Of a stretch of 32,000 nt of DNA, positions 16,818-24,857 are shown in pieces. The stretch comes from Nitrosomonas europaea (GTDB lineage: Bacteria; Pseudomonadota; Gammaproteobacteria; Burkholderiales; Nitrosomonadaceae). How positions within the stretch are numbered: position 1 is the first letter of the stretch; each line of letters begins with the position of its first letter. Where the stretch lies: assembly GCF_900167395.1 (NCBI RefSeq), contig NZ_FUWK01000014.1, forward strand, positions 18,458 to 50,457, read 5' to 3'. The notes under the pieces are model-generated. The model worked only from the letters and a program-made list of their open reading frames with translations, was not told the origin of the DNA and did no database searches. The position numbers and the translations under genes were made by a program.

Positions 16818-17768
16818 ATGCCCGAATCTTTTCATGATGATATCGATGCAACGGCTCGTCACTGGTTTATCCGCCAGCAAGGCCGTGCACTTTCCGCAGA
16901 GGAGCAGCGCGCCCTGACGGACTGGCTTGCAGCCAGTCCGGATCACCGTACAGCCTGGACACGTGCAGAAGAGGACTGGCAATCGCTGGATCGTTTTCGT
17001 ACGGATCTGTCCAGCGAACTGAACAAGGCACGCCATTATCGTCCTCGTCATCACTCTTCTCGCTACCTCAAATGGGCCGCTGCAGCACTGGTGCTGATAG
17101 CACTTCCCATACTCTACCGCGCATCGACCGGCATCCCCCGGCATTGGCAAACGGCAACGGGTGAGCGGCAGCACGTCACACTTGCCGATGGCAGCCAACT
17201 GAGTCTGGATACAGCAACGCGCGTAACCATCACTCAAAGCTGGTTCCAACGCCTTATTCAACTGCAGGAGGGAGAAATTTATCTGGAGGTGGCGCCCGAC
17301 TGGCGTCCGCTGCAGGTAACAGCTGCCGATACACGAATTCGTGATATTGGTACCCGTTTCTCCGTACGCGATACGCCAGAAAAATTTACCGTACAAGTGG
17401 AAGAAGGCGCCGTGGAAATCATCCGCCGGGATAAACATCTCGTACTGCATGCCGGAGAAACCGTGACCCGCCATCCGGCAACCGATCGATGGCAACTGGC
17501 TACCGTGCAGGGAGACATTGCAAACTGGCGTCAGGGCATACTGGTATTCGACCAGCATCGATTGCCGGAAGTGCTGCAGGAACTGGCACGTTATCATGCC
17601 GTTCGATTCGATCTGGCCGACCCTGCCCTGGGAAGGAAACAGATCAGCGGGCGTTTCCGGCTTGACGAGCTCGATACCACCTTGCGCATCATTGCTGAAA
17701 CGCTGAATCTGAACATCGAACACCCAACACCCGACCGGTACCTGTTGAGCGCAGCGCAGAAACAGTAA
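16818..17768 (+). CDS. FecR-family anti-sigma factor (anti-sigma 2)
   Basis: ATG 16818 follows an AGGAGA RBS at 16805-16810; the ORF track uses GTG 16791. It has ARHWFIRQQ, a TM helix (AAAALVLIALPILY) and IRDIGTRFSV. It is a paralogue of anti-sigma 1. Confidence 0.9.
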   Translation: MPESFHDDIDATARHWFIRQQGRALSAEEQRALTDWLAASPDHRTAWTRAEEDWQSLDRFRTDLSSELNKARHYRPRHHSSRYLKWAAAALVLIALPILYRASTGIPRHWQTATGERQHVTLADGSQLSLDTATRVTITQSWFQRLIQLQEGEIYLEVAPDWRPLQVTAADTRIRDIGTRFSVRDTPEKFTVQVEEGAVEIIRRDKHLVLHAGETVTRHPATDRWQLATVQGDIANWRQGILVFDQHRLPEVLQELARYHAVRFDLADPALGRKQISGRFRLDELDTTLRIIAETLNLNIEHPTPDRYLLSAAQKQ

Positions 17769-17834
17769 ACGAAGCAGCAGTCGCCGGACACACCTCGTTC
17801 ACTTTCCGGCACCATCATTAAAAATCTCTTCTGA

Positions 17835-17862
17835 CTGACGGTTTACTGCAATCTGGTTCGTC
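17835..17862 (+). promoter_or_regulatory. candidate ECF (FecI-type) promoter of receptor 2
   Basis: CTGACG (17835-17840), 18 nt, then CGTC (17859-17862), 52 nt before the ATG. The CGTCCTATGTAAG stretch resembles CGTCCTGTAAG upstream of receptor 1. Confidence 0.3.
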
Positions 17863-17910
17863 CTATGTAAGGAAGTTCCAATTAAGAACATTCTTACTCA
17901 GGGAGAAACT

Positions 17911-20259
17911 ATGCTTCGTTCAGGCCTTTTCTTGGCTGTCGTCATGCTCGCCAGCCCCATCGTGCAGGCACAAATATCCGCTACACAGCAACAGCCAGCA
18001 TTGCCGCTTGCTGCAGCTTTGCAACAACTGGCTGTCCGGCACAATCTCAGTATCGTATTCGATGCAGAAATCGTGAAAGATAAACAAGCTTCACCGTTAT
18101 CCGAGAATCTTTCCATCCGGGAAGCACTCGATACGCTGCTGAACGGCAGCGGCCTGCAGGCCAAAGAAATCGCACCGGGCCGTTACAGTATCGTAAAGGC
18201 GACAACAGGAGCAATGCAGCAGACATTACCGGAAATGACTGTCACCGGCGCCTCTGACCCGGATTCGCCTTACAGTACGCAGTATAAAGTACCCGATACG
18301 ACGACAGCGACCAGGACGAAAACGCCGATCATGGAAACACCGATGTCGATACAGGTGGTGCCTAAATCAGTCATGAATGATCAGCAGGCGATCACGCTGG
18401 AGCAGTCGCTAAGCAACGTCAGTGGTGTTTTTCCCGGACTTGGATTCAACGGGGTCGAGACTTTTAATCTCCGCGGTTTTAATACCTGGGATTATTACCG
18501 TAACGGTGTACGGTTTCAGTCCGCACTATCACAGACCGGTAACCGGGAAGTGGCCAATCTGGAGAGAATTGAAGTATTGAAGGGGCCGGCATCGATTCTG
18601 TTCGGTCGGATCGAGCCTGGGGGAATGATCAATCTGGTGCCGAAAACACCGCAAGCTACACCGTATTATTCACTACAGCAACAATTCGGCTCATATAACC
18701 TGTTTCGTACCACATTGGACGCCACCAGCAGCCTGAACCAAGATAACTCATTGCTGTACCGCCTGAACTTTGCCTATGACAATGAGGGCTCATTCCGGGA
18801 GTTTGTGAATAGTCATCATTTCTTCGTTGCACCGGTATTGCAATGGCGTATTTCCGACCGTACCCAGATCACTGCTGAAATGGAATATAAAACAGGGAAA
18901 TATGCGCATGATTACGGTTTTCCTGCGATCGGCAATCGCCCGGCCAACTTGCCGGTCAATCGTCAACTGGGCGAATCATTTAATAGTGCCAAATTTGATG
19001 AAATTACAGCCGGATTCCACTGGTCGCACGCATTCAATGATAATTGGGAGATAAAACACCGCTTCTATCTGCAGCACACCGATGAAGACGATAATGTTGC
19101 CCTGCCACTGGAATTACGCGCTGACAACCGCACACTGGACCGGTTTTTTGCCGGATTCAGAAACAACAAAATAGAAACGTATACTACCAATGTAGATTTG
19201 ACCGGCCATATCGATACCTGGGGTATCAAACATACGTTGTTGATGGGGGGTGATTACTATAATTTTAGAAATCACGGCCTCATGATTGACAACTTTAATT
19301 TTCCGTCGATTGATATTTTCAATCCGGCACATAGTGGCGTGGCTGTGCGCGATCCTGCGGATGACATCCCCTATGACACAAAAGAAGACTGGTTTGGTCT
19401 GTATTTCCAGGACCAGATAAAACTGCCTTATAACGTGCATGTGCTGGCAGGTTTTCGCTACGACAATGCCGAGATAAAAGACAACATATCCGGGAGGGAA
19501 AGCGCGCAGGATAGAATTTCACCGCGTGTTGGCGTGTTATGGCAGCCTATTCCAGCCCTTTCGTTTTATGGCAATTATGTCGAGAATTTCGGCGCTCCAA
19601 ATTTATATGGAAGCGGATTGGACGGACAGCCACTTCCAGCCGAAACGGCCCAGCAATGGGAAGCCGGCGTCAAAACAGAATTCTTTGATGGGCGTCTCAG
19701 CGCAACGCTTGCCTGGTTCCAGCTCACCAAACAAAACATTGCAACCCTCCACCCTGATCCACAACTGGCGCTGCAGAGAATTTCAGTATTGACCGGAGAG
19801 GCGCGTAATGAAGGTATAGAACTGGATATTACCGGCGAGCTGTTGCCTGGCTGGCAGGTTATCGCTAACTACGCTTATATCAATTCAGAAGTTACCAAAA
19901 CCAATGACAATACGTTGGGCAATCGCTTTCCGAATGTACCCGAACACGCCGGAAATATCTGGACTACTTATGCCTTTCAGAATGAAACCTTACGTGGATT
20001 GAAAGTTGGCGGGGGCGTAACGCTCAGAGGCAAGCGTGAAGGCAATTTGGAGAACGATTATCAAATGCCCGGTTACGCTGTATTCAACCTGATGACCAGC
20101 TACGGCATGAAGGTGGGCAAAACCCGGGTGACTGCACAGTTGAATGTCAACAATCTCTTCAATGAGGAATATTTCCCCAGCAGTGGTGGATTTGGCCGCA
20201 CACGTATTGCTGTAGGTACGCCACGTGTATTCCTGGGATCGCTCCGGGTTGAGTATTAA
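17911..20259 (+). CDS. TonB-dependent siderophore receptor with STN signalling domain (transducer 2)
   Basis: Signal peptide (MLRSGLFLAVVMLASPIVQAQ), an STN-like segment, LPEMTVTG, then plug and barrel. The GGGAG RBS matches the one before receptor 1. Confidence 0.93.
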   Translation: MLRSGLFLAVVMLASPIVQAQISATQQQPALPLAAALQQLAVRHNLSIVFDAEIVKDKQASPLSENLSIREALDTLLNGSGLQAKEIAPGRYSIVKATTGAMQQTLPEMTVTGASDPDSPYSTQYKVPDTTTATRTKTPIMETPMSIQVVPKSVMNDQQAITLEQSLSNVSGVFPGLGFNGVETFNLRGFNTWDYYRNGVRFQSALSQTGNREVANLERIEVLKGPASILFGRIEPGGMINLVPKTPQATPYYSLQQQFGSYNLFRTTLDATSSLNQDNSLLYRLNFAYDNEGSFREFVNSHHFFVAPVLQWRISDRTQITAEMEYKTGKYAHDYGFPAIGNRPANLPVNRQLGESFNSAKFDEITAGFHWSHAFNDNWEIKHRFYLQHTDEDDNVALPLELRADNRTLDRFFAGFRNNKIETYTTNVDLTGHIDTWGIKHTLLMGGDYYNFRNHGLMIDNFNFPSIDIFNPAHSGVAVRDPADDIPYDTKEDWFGLYFQDQIKLPYNVHVLAGFRYDNAEIKDNISGRESAQDRISPRVGVLWQPIPALSFYGNYVENFGAPNLYGSGLDGQPLPAETAQQWEAGVKTEFFDGRLSATLAWFQLTKQNIATLHPDPQLALQRISVLTGEARNEGIELDITGELLPGWQVIANYAYINSEVTKTNDNTLGNRFPNVPEHAGNIWTTYAFQNETLRGLKVGGGVTLRGKREGNLENDYQMPGYAVFNLMTSYGMKVGKTRVTAQLNVNNLFNEEYFPSSGGFGRTRIAVGTPRVFLGSLRVEY
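18226..20259 (+). repeat. High-identity paralogous segment, copy 2 (plug plus barrel of receptor 2), matches 13961-15994
   Basis: See copy 1. The lengths are equal because of compensating 1-codon indels (IKNISGRK vs IKDNISGRE; NNNMQLGN vs NDNTLGN). Confidence 0.9.
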
Positions 20260-20261
20260 CC

Positions 20262-21494
20262 ATGTCTTCCGAGTCAGCGCATCAACATGCTGCAGGGGTG
20301 GATGAAGAGCGCGGTACATTACCGCGGCGTTCGTGGCGCCAGCTCTGGCTGAGCATCCACCTTTATCTGGGGTTGTTCATCGGTGCGCTGCTGGTCATTC
20401 TGGGGCTTACCGGCAGCATCGCGGTGTTCTGGGCCGAGATCGATGAGTGGTTGAATCCGGAGCTGCTGACTGTCACGGTGCCTGAGCAGAAAAACCTGGC
20501 ACCAGGCGCACCTGCTTATCAATCACTGGATGAGATCATTCGTGTGGCCAGACAGGCGGCCGCTCCGGATAGCAGAATTACAACCGTTTACGGTGCACGC
20601 AATAGCGAAGCGGTCTATGCCGTTTATGCCAGCCAGCCATCCAGCGCCTGGCAGCGAATCTTTGTAGATCCCTATCGCGCGCAGGTAACCGGGGTACGCA
20701 GCTATGGCGCAAATGAGTGGATACCCAACTACTTCATGGATGTCATCTTCCAGCTCCATTTCAGTCTGTTGCTGGGTATGAACGGGCAAACGCTGATGGC
20801 TGTCTGCGCACTGCTGTTGCTGGTATCCCTGATCACCGGGTTGATCGTCTGGTGGCCAACATCGGGGCAATGGCGCAAGGCGTTGACCATCAAGCGCGGT
20901 GCCGGCCCGGTGCGTTTCAACTTTGATCTGCACAAAACGCTTTCGCTTTACCTCTTTCCGGTATTAGGTGCGGTGCTGCTGTCCGGGGTGTTCATGAACC
21001 TCAACGAGCCGTTCGTGTGGGTGACTCAACTGTTCTCACCTGCAACCCGGCAACCACAACACACACTCACATCAATCCCTATTACGGGTATACCCTCGAT
21101 CGGGGCTGAGCACGCATGGGCCATTGCCACCGAACACTACCCGGACGGTAAGTTTGGCGGCATGTTCATGCCCGGGAATGCTGAAGGCGTCTATATCGTG
21201 ACCCAGAAGCATGTGCCGAAGTTGAGTGCGTTCTGGTCGGAGCGGCAAATCGCGATCGATCAGTACAGCGGCGAGATACTGGACGTGCGTGCGCCGGATG
21301 CGCGCCGCAGTGCGGGGGAAACCTTTCTGGAATGGCAATGGCCGCTGCACTCGGGCCAGGCGTTCGGCTGGCCCGGACGCATCCTCATCTTCCTGTGCGG
21401 ACTGGCCTGCCCGGTCATTTACGCCACAGGCGTCATCCGCTGGTTGCAGAAGCGGCGGGGAAAGGGGAGGAGCCCCCGGCGTCCAATCCGGTGA
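20262..21494 (+). CDS. PepSY-associated TM-helix protein (PiuB/FoxB-like)
   Basis: The ATG lies 2 nt after the receptor 2 stop. It has the RRSWRQLWLSIHLYLGLFIGALLVILGLTGS N-terminal motif, further TM helices and a C-terminal WPLHSGQAFGWPGRILIFLCGLACPVIYATGVIRW. Confidence 0.88.
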   Translation: MSSESAHQHAAGVDEERGTLPRRSWRQLWLSIHLYLGLFIGALLVILGLTGSIAVFWAEIDEWLNPELLTVTVPEQKNLAPGAPAYQSLDEIIRVARQAAAPDSRITTVYGARNSEAVYAVYASQPSSAWQRIFVDPYRAQVTGVRSYGANEWIPNYFMDVIFQLHFSLLLGMNGQTLMAVCALLLLVSLITGLIVWWPTSGQWRKALTIKRGAGPVRFNFDLHKTLSLYLFPVLGAVLLSGVFMNLNEPFVWVTQLFSPATRQPQHTLTSIPITGIPSIGAEHAWAIATEHYPDGKFGGMFMPGNAEGVYIVTQKHVPKLSAFWSERQIAIDQYSGEILDVRAPDARRSAGETFLEWQWPLHSGQAFGWPGRILIFLCGLACPVIYATGVIRWLQKRRGKGRSPRRPIR

Positions 21495-21842
21495 GCTCGG
21501 GTTCAATCAATGGATTCTCGATTCCTACACCGGCGAGGAACCGGGGCGTTGCCATTTTTGCGTTAAAAGTCGGCTCAAAATGCTCATTTATCACGTATAA
21601 ACTCGGCTTTCTCGCCGATTTTTGCCTTGAACTGGCTGCCTCGCTAACATTTTTCAGAGGTTCCTAATTCCATTTCTAAATCAAAACTAACTTTGTCGGC
21701 TTCGCCTGGCCGTATTATTTATACTGTCTGCGGCTTGCCTTCGTGTCATTTTTGATTTGGGAATGGAATAAGCACCAGAAAAAGAATGAGCTGGAATGAT
21801 CTTTTCCTTTTGGCGCCATTTTGCCTTTGAGTGTGTCTGATA

Positions 21843-21874
21843 ATGTGTTACAACGTAATTCTTGTTTAACACAT
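21843..21874 (+). promoter_or_regulatory. inverted repeat upstream of the antitoxin gene (possible autoregulatory operator)
   Basis: ATGTGTTA (21843-21850) and TAACACAT (21867-21874) are 8-bp arms separated by 16 nt. They end at the GGAGGA RBS of the RHH antitoxin gene. Confidence 0.3.
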
Positions 21875-21887
21875 GGAGGATGTGCAG

Positions 21888-22175
21888 ATGTCAGAATCCA
21901 CCTTTACTTTCCGGGTTGATGAAGACCTGAAAACCGAGTTCTCAGCGGCTGCCAAAGACTGCGACCGTAGCGGTGCGCAACTGTTGCGCGACTACATGCG
22001 GGAGTTTGTAAAGACGCGGCGTGAAGTGGCCGAGCATGACGCATGGTTCCGTAAACAGGTGCAAATTGGCCTGGACTCGGCTAATACTGGCAATCTGGTT
22101 CCGGGAGATGAGGTAGAGGCCGAGTTTGCGGCCAGGCGGGCAGCCACACGTCGCAGGCTTAAAGCTTCAGAATGA
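21888..22175 (+). CDS. parD: ribbon-helix-helix antitoxin (ParD/RelB-like) of a ParE-family toxin
   Basis: ATG 21888 follows GGAGGA (21875-21880); the ORF track uses 21873. N-terminal RHH-like segment (FTFRVDEDLKTEFSAAAKDCDRSGAQLLRDYM). The stop overlaps the toxin start. Confidence 0.75.
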   Translation: MSESTFTFRVDEDLKTEFSAAAKDCDRSGAQLLRDYMREFVKTRREVAEHDAWFRKQVQIGLDSANTGNLVPGDEVEAEFAARRAATRRRLKASE

Positions 22176-22462
22176 TGAAATTGTTCTGGACACCAGAAGC
22201 GTTACAAGATCGCGATGCAATCTATGACTACATCGAAGTCGACAACCCGCGCGCCGCTCTGGCGCTTGACGAGCTTTTTTCAGAGAAGGCGCAGCGTTTG
22301 CCTGATCATCCCGCCCTGGGTCATCCGGGCCGTGTGGCTGGTACCCGTGAGCTAATTGCCCATCAGAATTACATCATCATTTATGATGTGACGGGCGAAC
22401 TGGTGCGGGTGTTGCGTGTGCTTCACGCGGCACGGCAATGGCCTCCTTCAGAAAACGATTGA
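22172..22462 (+). CDS. parE: RelE/ParE-family type II toxin
   Basis: 96 aa. KLFWTPEALQDRDAIYDYI, LPDHPALGHPGRVAGTRELI and YIIIYDVTGELVRVLRVLHAARQW match the ParE family pattern. Confidence 0.85.
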   Translation: MMKLFWTPEALQDRDAIYDYIEVDNPRAALALDELFSEKAQRLPDHPALGHPGRVAGTRELIAHQNYIIIYDVTGELVRVLRVLHAARQWPPSEND

Positions 22463-22516
22463 TTTGTGTCGCCAGCACAGTGATATCTTTGTGGGACTTG
22501 GGGAGCTTGATCAAGC

Positions 22517-22933
22517 TTACTCAAAAGTAAAGGGATCAAGTATTGAAATACCAATTTTTGGCATGTCGGCAACATTCCGCGTTACCAGGGTAAGTCTGTA
22601 CACCTGTGCGGTAGCGGCCAGAAGGCTGTCCACGGTCGGCCTCGGATTGGGGGAATTCAAGCACCCCCATTGATCGGCGACTGCTTGGTCGACGGGCAGG
22701 ATGCGGCCAGAAAAGCCCGCTATCAGGGCATCGAGCCATTGTTCCAGGCGAGCGGCCTTAGTGGGGGCGCGTAAACGTGCCAGTTCGATGCCTTTACGAA
22801 TCTCGCCGGTTACCAATACACTCAGGAACAGGTCGTCATCAGACGTCTGTCCCCACCATTTGGCGACATGTGGATCACAGCGTTTGCCTTTACGCACTTC
22901 GGCGATGATGTTGGTATCGATGAGATAACTCAT
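22517..22933 (-). CDS. vapC: PIN-domain type II toxin VapC
   Basis: MSYLIDTNIIAE (first acidic residue), GEIRKG, TVDSLLAATA and LVTRNVADM: all PIN catalytic-position motifs appear intact. 138 aa. Confidence 0.88.
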   Translation of the reverse strand: MSYLIDTNIIAEVRKGKRCDPHVAKWWGQTSDDDLFLSVLVTGEIRKGIELARLRAPTKAARLEQWLDALIAGFSGRILPVDQAVADQWGCLNSPNPRPTVDSLLAATAQVYRLTLVTRNVADMPKIGISILDPFTFE

Positions 22934-23037
22934 AACTCAACGTTGCGGCCCAAGTCTGGATTACGGGTCAAATCAATATCGTCCAGAGGAGCTGCTGCCA
23001 GCAATTCTTTCAACCCGAGGTGGTTAGTACATGTTGT
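22930..23037 (-). pseudogene. 5'-truncated Phd/YefM-type antitoxin remnant (C-terminal toxin-binding tail only)
   Basis: My hand translation of the minus frame gives TTCTNHLGLKELLAAAPLDDIDLTRNPDLGRNVEL*. The TGA overlaps the vapC ATG (ATGA). The tail resembles the C-terminal PL..(D/E)LDL.R......R.V.L pattern of VapC-partner Phd-type antitoxins. There is an in-frame stop at 23040-23038, no ATG, and no recognisable N-terminal domain in any frame up to operator site D. Confidence 0.4.
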
Positions 23038-23119
23038 TCAGTACTCAACATTTTATGCTGGCTGGTATCATCCTGGTTACCATCCAGGAAAATGCCGCAG
23101 ACATAAGGTGATCATCAGG

Positions 23120-23165
23120 TGCGACATTATGTCGCATTTCAAACAGTTTTTCTGTCCCGCATAAT
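23120..23165 (+). promoter_or_regulatory. Palindromic operator plus promoter, site D (upstream of ECF sigma 3)
   Basis: Perfect palindrome TGCGACATTATGTCGCA (23120-23136), TTTCAA, a 17-nt spacer and CATAAT (23160-23165), 43 nt before ATG 23209. Confidence 0.65.
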
Positions 23166-23208
23166 TCCCCTGCATCGGGCATATAGCCGCACATCGCCAC
23201 TATCTACC

Positions 23209-23712
23209 ATGAATCCCAGCGTAATTCTTGCCAACCTTTACCTGCGCCATTTCAGCGAGTTACGTGCTTTCCTGTTCAGGCATACGGGTTGCAGAGAAAT
23301 TGCGGCAGAGCTGACCCAGGAAACCTTTATCCGCATTATGGGTTACCAGACTGATACATCGATACAGAACGCGCGTGCCTTGCTGTACCGTATCGCGGGT
23401 AATCTGGCGATCGATCACCATCGTACCTGTGTGAAATTTCCAGAAAGCGTTTCTATCGATGATCTTCCGCAACATGAACTGCCCGCGACTGAATTGACCG
23501 ACCCCGCTCGGCTGGTAGCTGCACGCCAGCTACTGGAAAAACTGTGTATCGCGATTGATGCACTACCGCCACAATGTCATCGTGCTTTCGTACTGCATAA
23601 ATTTGACGGTTACTCACATGCGGAAATCGCCGAAAAACTGGGAATCACCCGCAATGCCGTCGAAAAACTGTTGATTCGCGCACTCATCCGGTTACGCCAG
23701 GTGCTTGTGTAA
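23209..23712 (+). CDS. ECF sigma factor, FecI group (sigma 3)
   Basis: Start moved from ORF-track GTG 23119, which lies over the operator, to ATG 23209 (MNPSVILANLY). Region 2 (AAELTQETFIRIM, ARALLYRIAGNLAIDHHR) and region 4 HTH (YSHAEIAEKLGITRNAVEKLLIRA). Confidence 0.9.
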   Translation: MNPSVILANLYLRHFSELRAFLFRHTGCREIAAELTQETFIRIMGYQTDTSIQNARALLYRIAGNLAIDHHRTCVKFPESVSIDDLPQHELPATELTDPARLVAARQLLEKLCIAIDALPPQCHRAFVLHKFDGYSHAEIAEKLGITRNAVEKLLIRALIRLRQVLV

Positions 23713-24641
23713 TGGAGCAGGATCAACAGGCAGGGCACCCCTCTGAAGAAAACGCATTAACTGAACAGGCAGCCGCCTGGTTTTTGCGTATGCAGCAAAG
23801 CGATACCAATGATGTCGAGCAAAAAGCATTTGAAGCCTGGCTTGCAGAAAATGAAGCACATCGCACCGAATATCAGCAGTATGTCCAGCTCTGGCAGACC
23901 CTTGACCACCTGGAGCAGAAACCCCGGAAAAAATCCCGTTCAACGGTTACATGGATCGTTACATTGGCGATTCTGTTCAGCTCCCTGCACTGGCTTACCC
24001 GCCATGAAGAAATGATCACGACTGCAATCGGAGAGCATCAGCAGATCATTCTGGCTGATGGTACGACGATCGATATCAATACTGATTCGACACTGCGGCT
24101 GGCATTGTACGGATTCACCCGCAAAGTAACACTGGAACGCGGTGAAGCATTATTCAGGATCGGCGATGAGCGCCTCCGGTCTTTCGAAGTGCATGCAGGT
24201 AACGGTATCCTGCGCGATATCGGTACTGAATTTAACGTTATCAAAGAAGAAGGTAACGTTACTGTTGCGGTACTTGAAGGCGCAGTCGAGGTCGGTATCG
24301 ATCATCAGAACGATACTGTCCGTTTGCTGCATGGTGGAGAGCAGCTTACTTATTCAGCGTATGATTTATCAGAAATTTCCTCGACAGATAAAGAAACGGT
24401 CACTGCCTGGCGTAAAAGCAGGCTGATTTTCCGTGAGACACCGCTGGAAGAAGTCATCCGGCAAATCAATCGTTACCACTCGCGCCCTGTCAGACTGGGG
24501 GATCCACAACTGAATACACTGAGAGTCAGCGGGGAATTCAACTCGGCTGATCGTGCAGGGTTGGTCCAGGCGCTGATCACGCTGCTTCCGCTGCGCGCCA
24601 GTGAGCTGGATAGCGTTACTCTCCTGACTTATGAGAAATAA
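23712..24641 (+). CDS. FecR-family anti-sigma factor (anti-sigma 3)
   Basis: The ATG overlaps the sigma stop (TAATG). It has AAAWFLRMQ, a TM helix (VTWIVTLAILFSSLHWL) and LRDIGTEFNV. Confidence 0.9.
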   Translation: MEQDQQAGHPSEENALTEQAAAWFLRMQQSDTNDVEQKAFEAWLAENEAHRTEYQQYVQLWQTLDHLEQKPRKKSRSTVTWIVTLAILFSSLHWLTRHEEMITTAIGEHQQIILADGTTIDINTDSTLRLALYGFTRKVTLERGEALFRIGDERLRSFEVHAGNGILRDIGTEFNVIKEEGNVTVAVLEGAVEVGIDHQNDTVRLLHGGEQLTYSAYDLSEISSTDKETVTAWRKSRLIFRETPLEEVIRQINRYHSRPVRLGDPQLNTLRVSGEFNSADRAGLVQALITLLPLRASELDSVTLLTYEK

Positions 24642-24766
24642 AACAAAACGTATTCTGCTGATCTCGCAGGGATGAAGCCATCCAAAATGAGGAACGGATC
24701 AGCCCGTATAAAAATGCAAACGAACTGATCCGAAAAACAGCCTGGAAGCATAAGAATTTTTTCTGC

Positions 24767-24794
24767 ATGTCAGGTGCTCCTTTTTATTTTCGTC
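24767..24794 (+). promoter_or_regulatory. candidate ECF (FecI-type) promoter of receptor 3
   Basis: ATGTCA (24767-24772), 18 nt, then CGTC (24791-24794), 67 nt before the ATG. Confidence 0.3.
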
Positions 24795-24857
24795 TTATCA
24801 GGTAAGCCAGTCCGCTGGCATATACCGATCAAAGATAAAAATATTCAGGGATGAATC

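Noticed and set aside
16755-17723. 322-aa ORF on the minus strand, antisense to anti-sigma 2. Similar long antisense ORFs occur at 7448-8140, 6854-7372 and 9668-10129.
   Set aside because: They lie entirely inside well-supported plus-strand genes. Their translations are low-complexity and Arg/Cys/Gln-rich with no recognisable motifs. This is typical shadow ORF behaviour in moderately GC-rich coding DNA.
21500-21545. tRNA 3'-end-like string (ggttcaatc...ctcgattcctacaccggcgagg), considered as a possible island attachment-site remnant.
   Set aside because: I could not fold a T-arm: the flanking 5-mers are not complementary, and there is no acceptor-stem complement or CCA context.
21687-21872. 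61-aa minus-strand ORF upstream of the parD-like gene.
   Set aside because: It has no RBS, a basic low-complexity translation, and it overlaps the likely parDE promoter/operator region.
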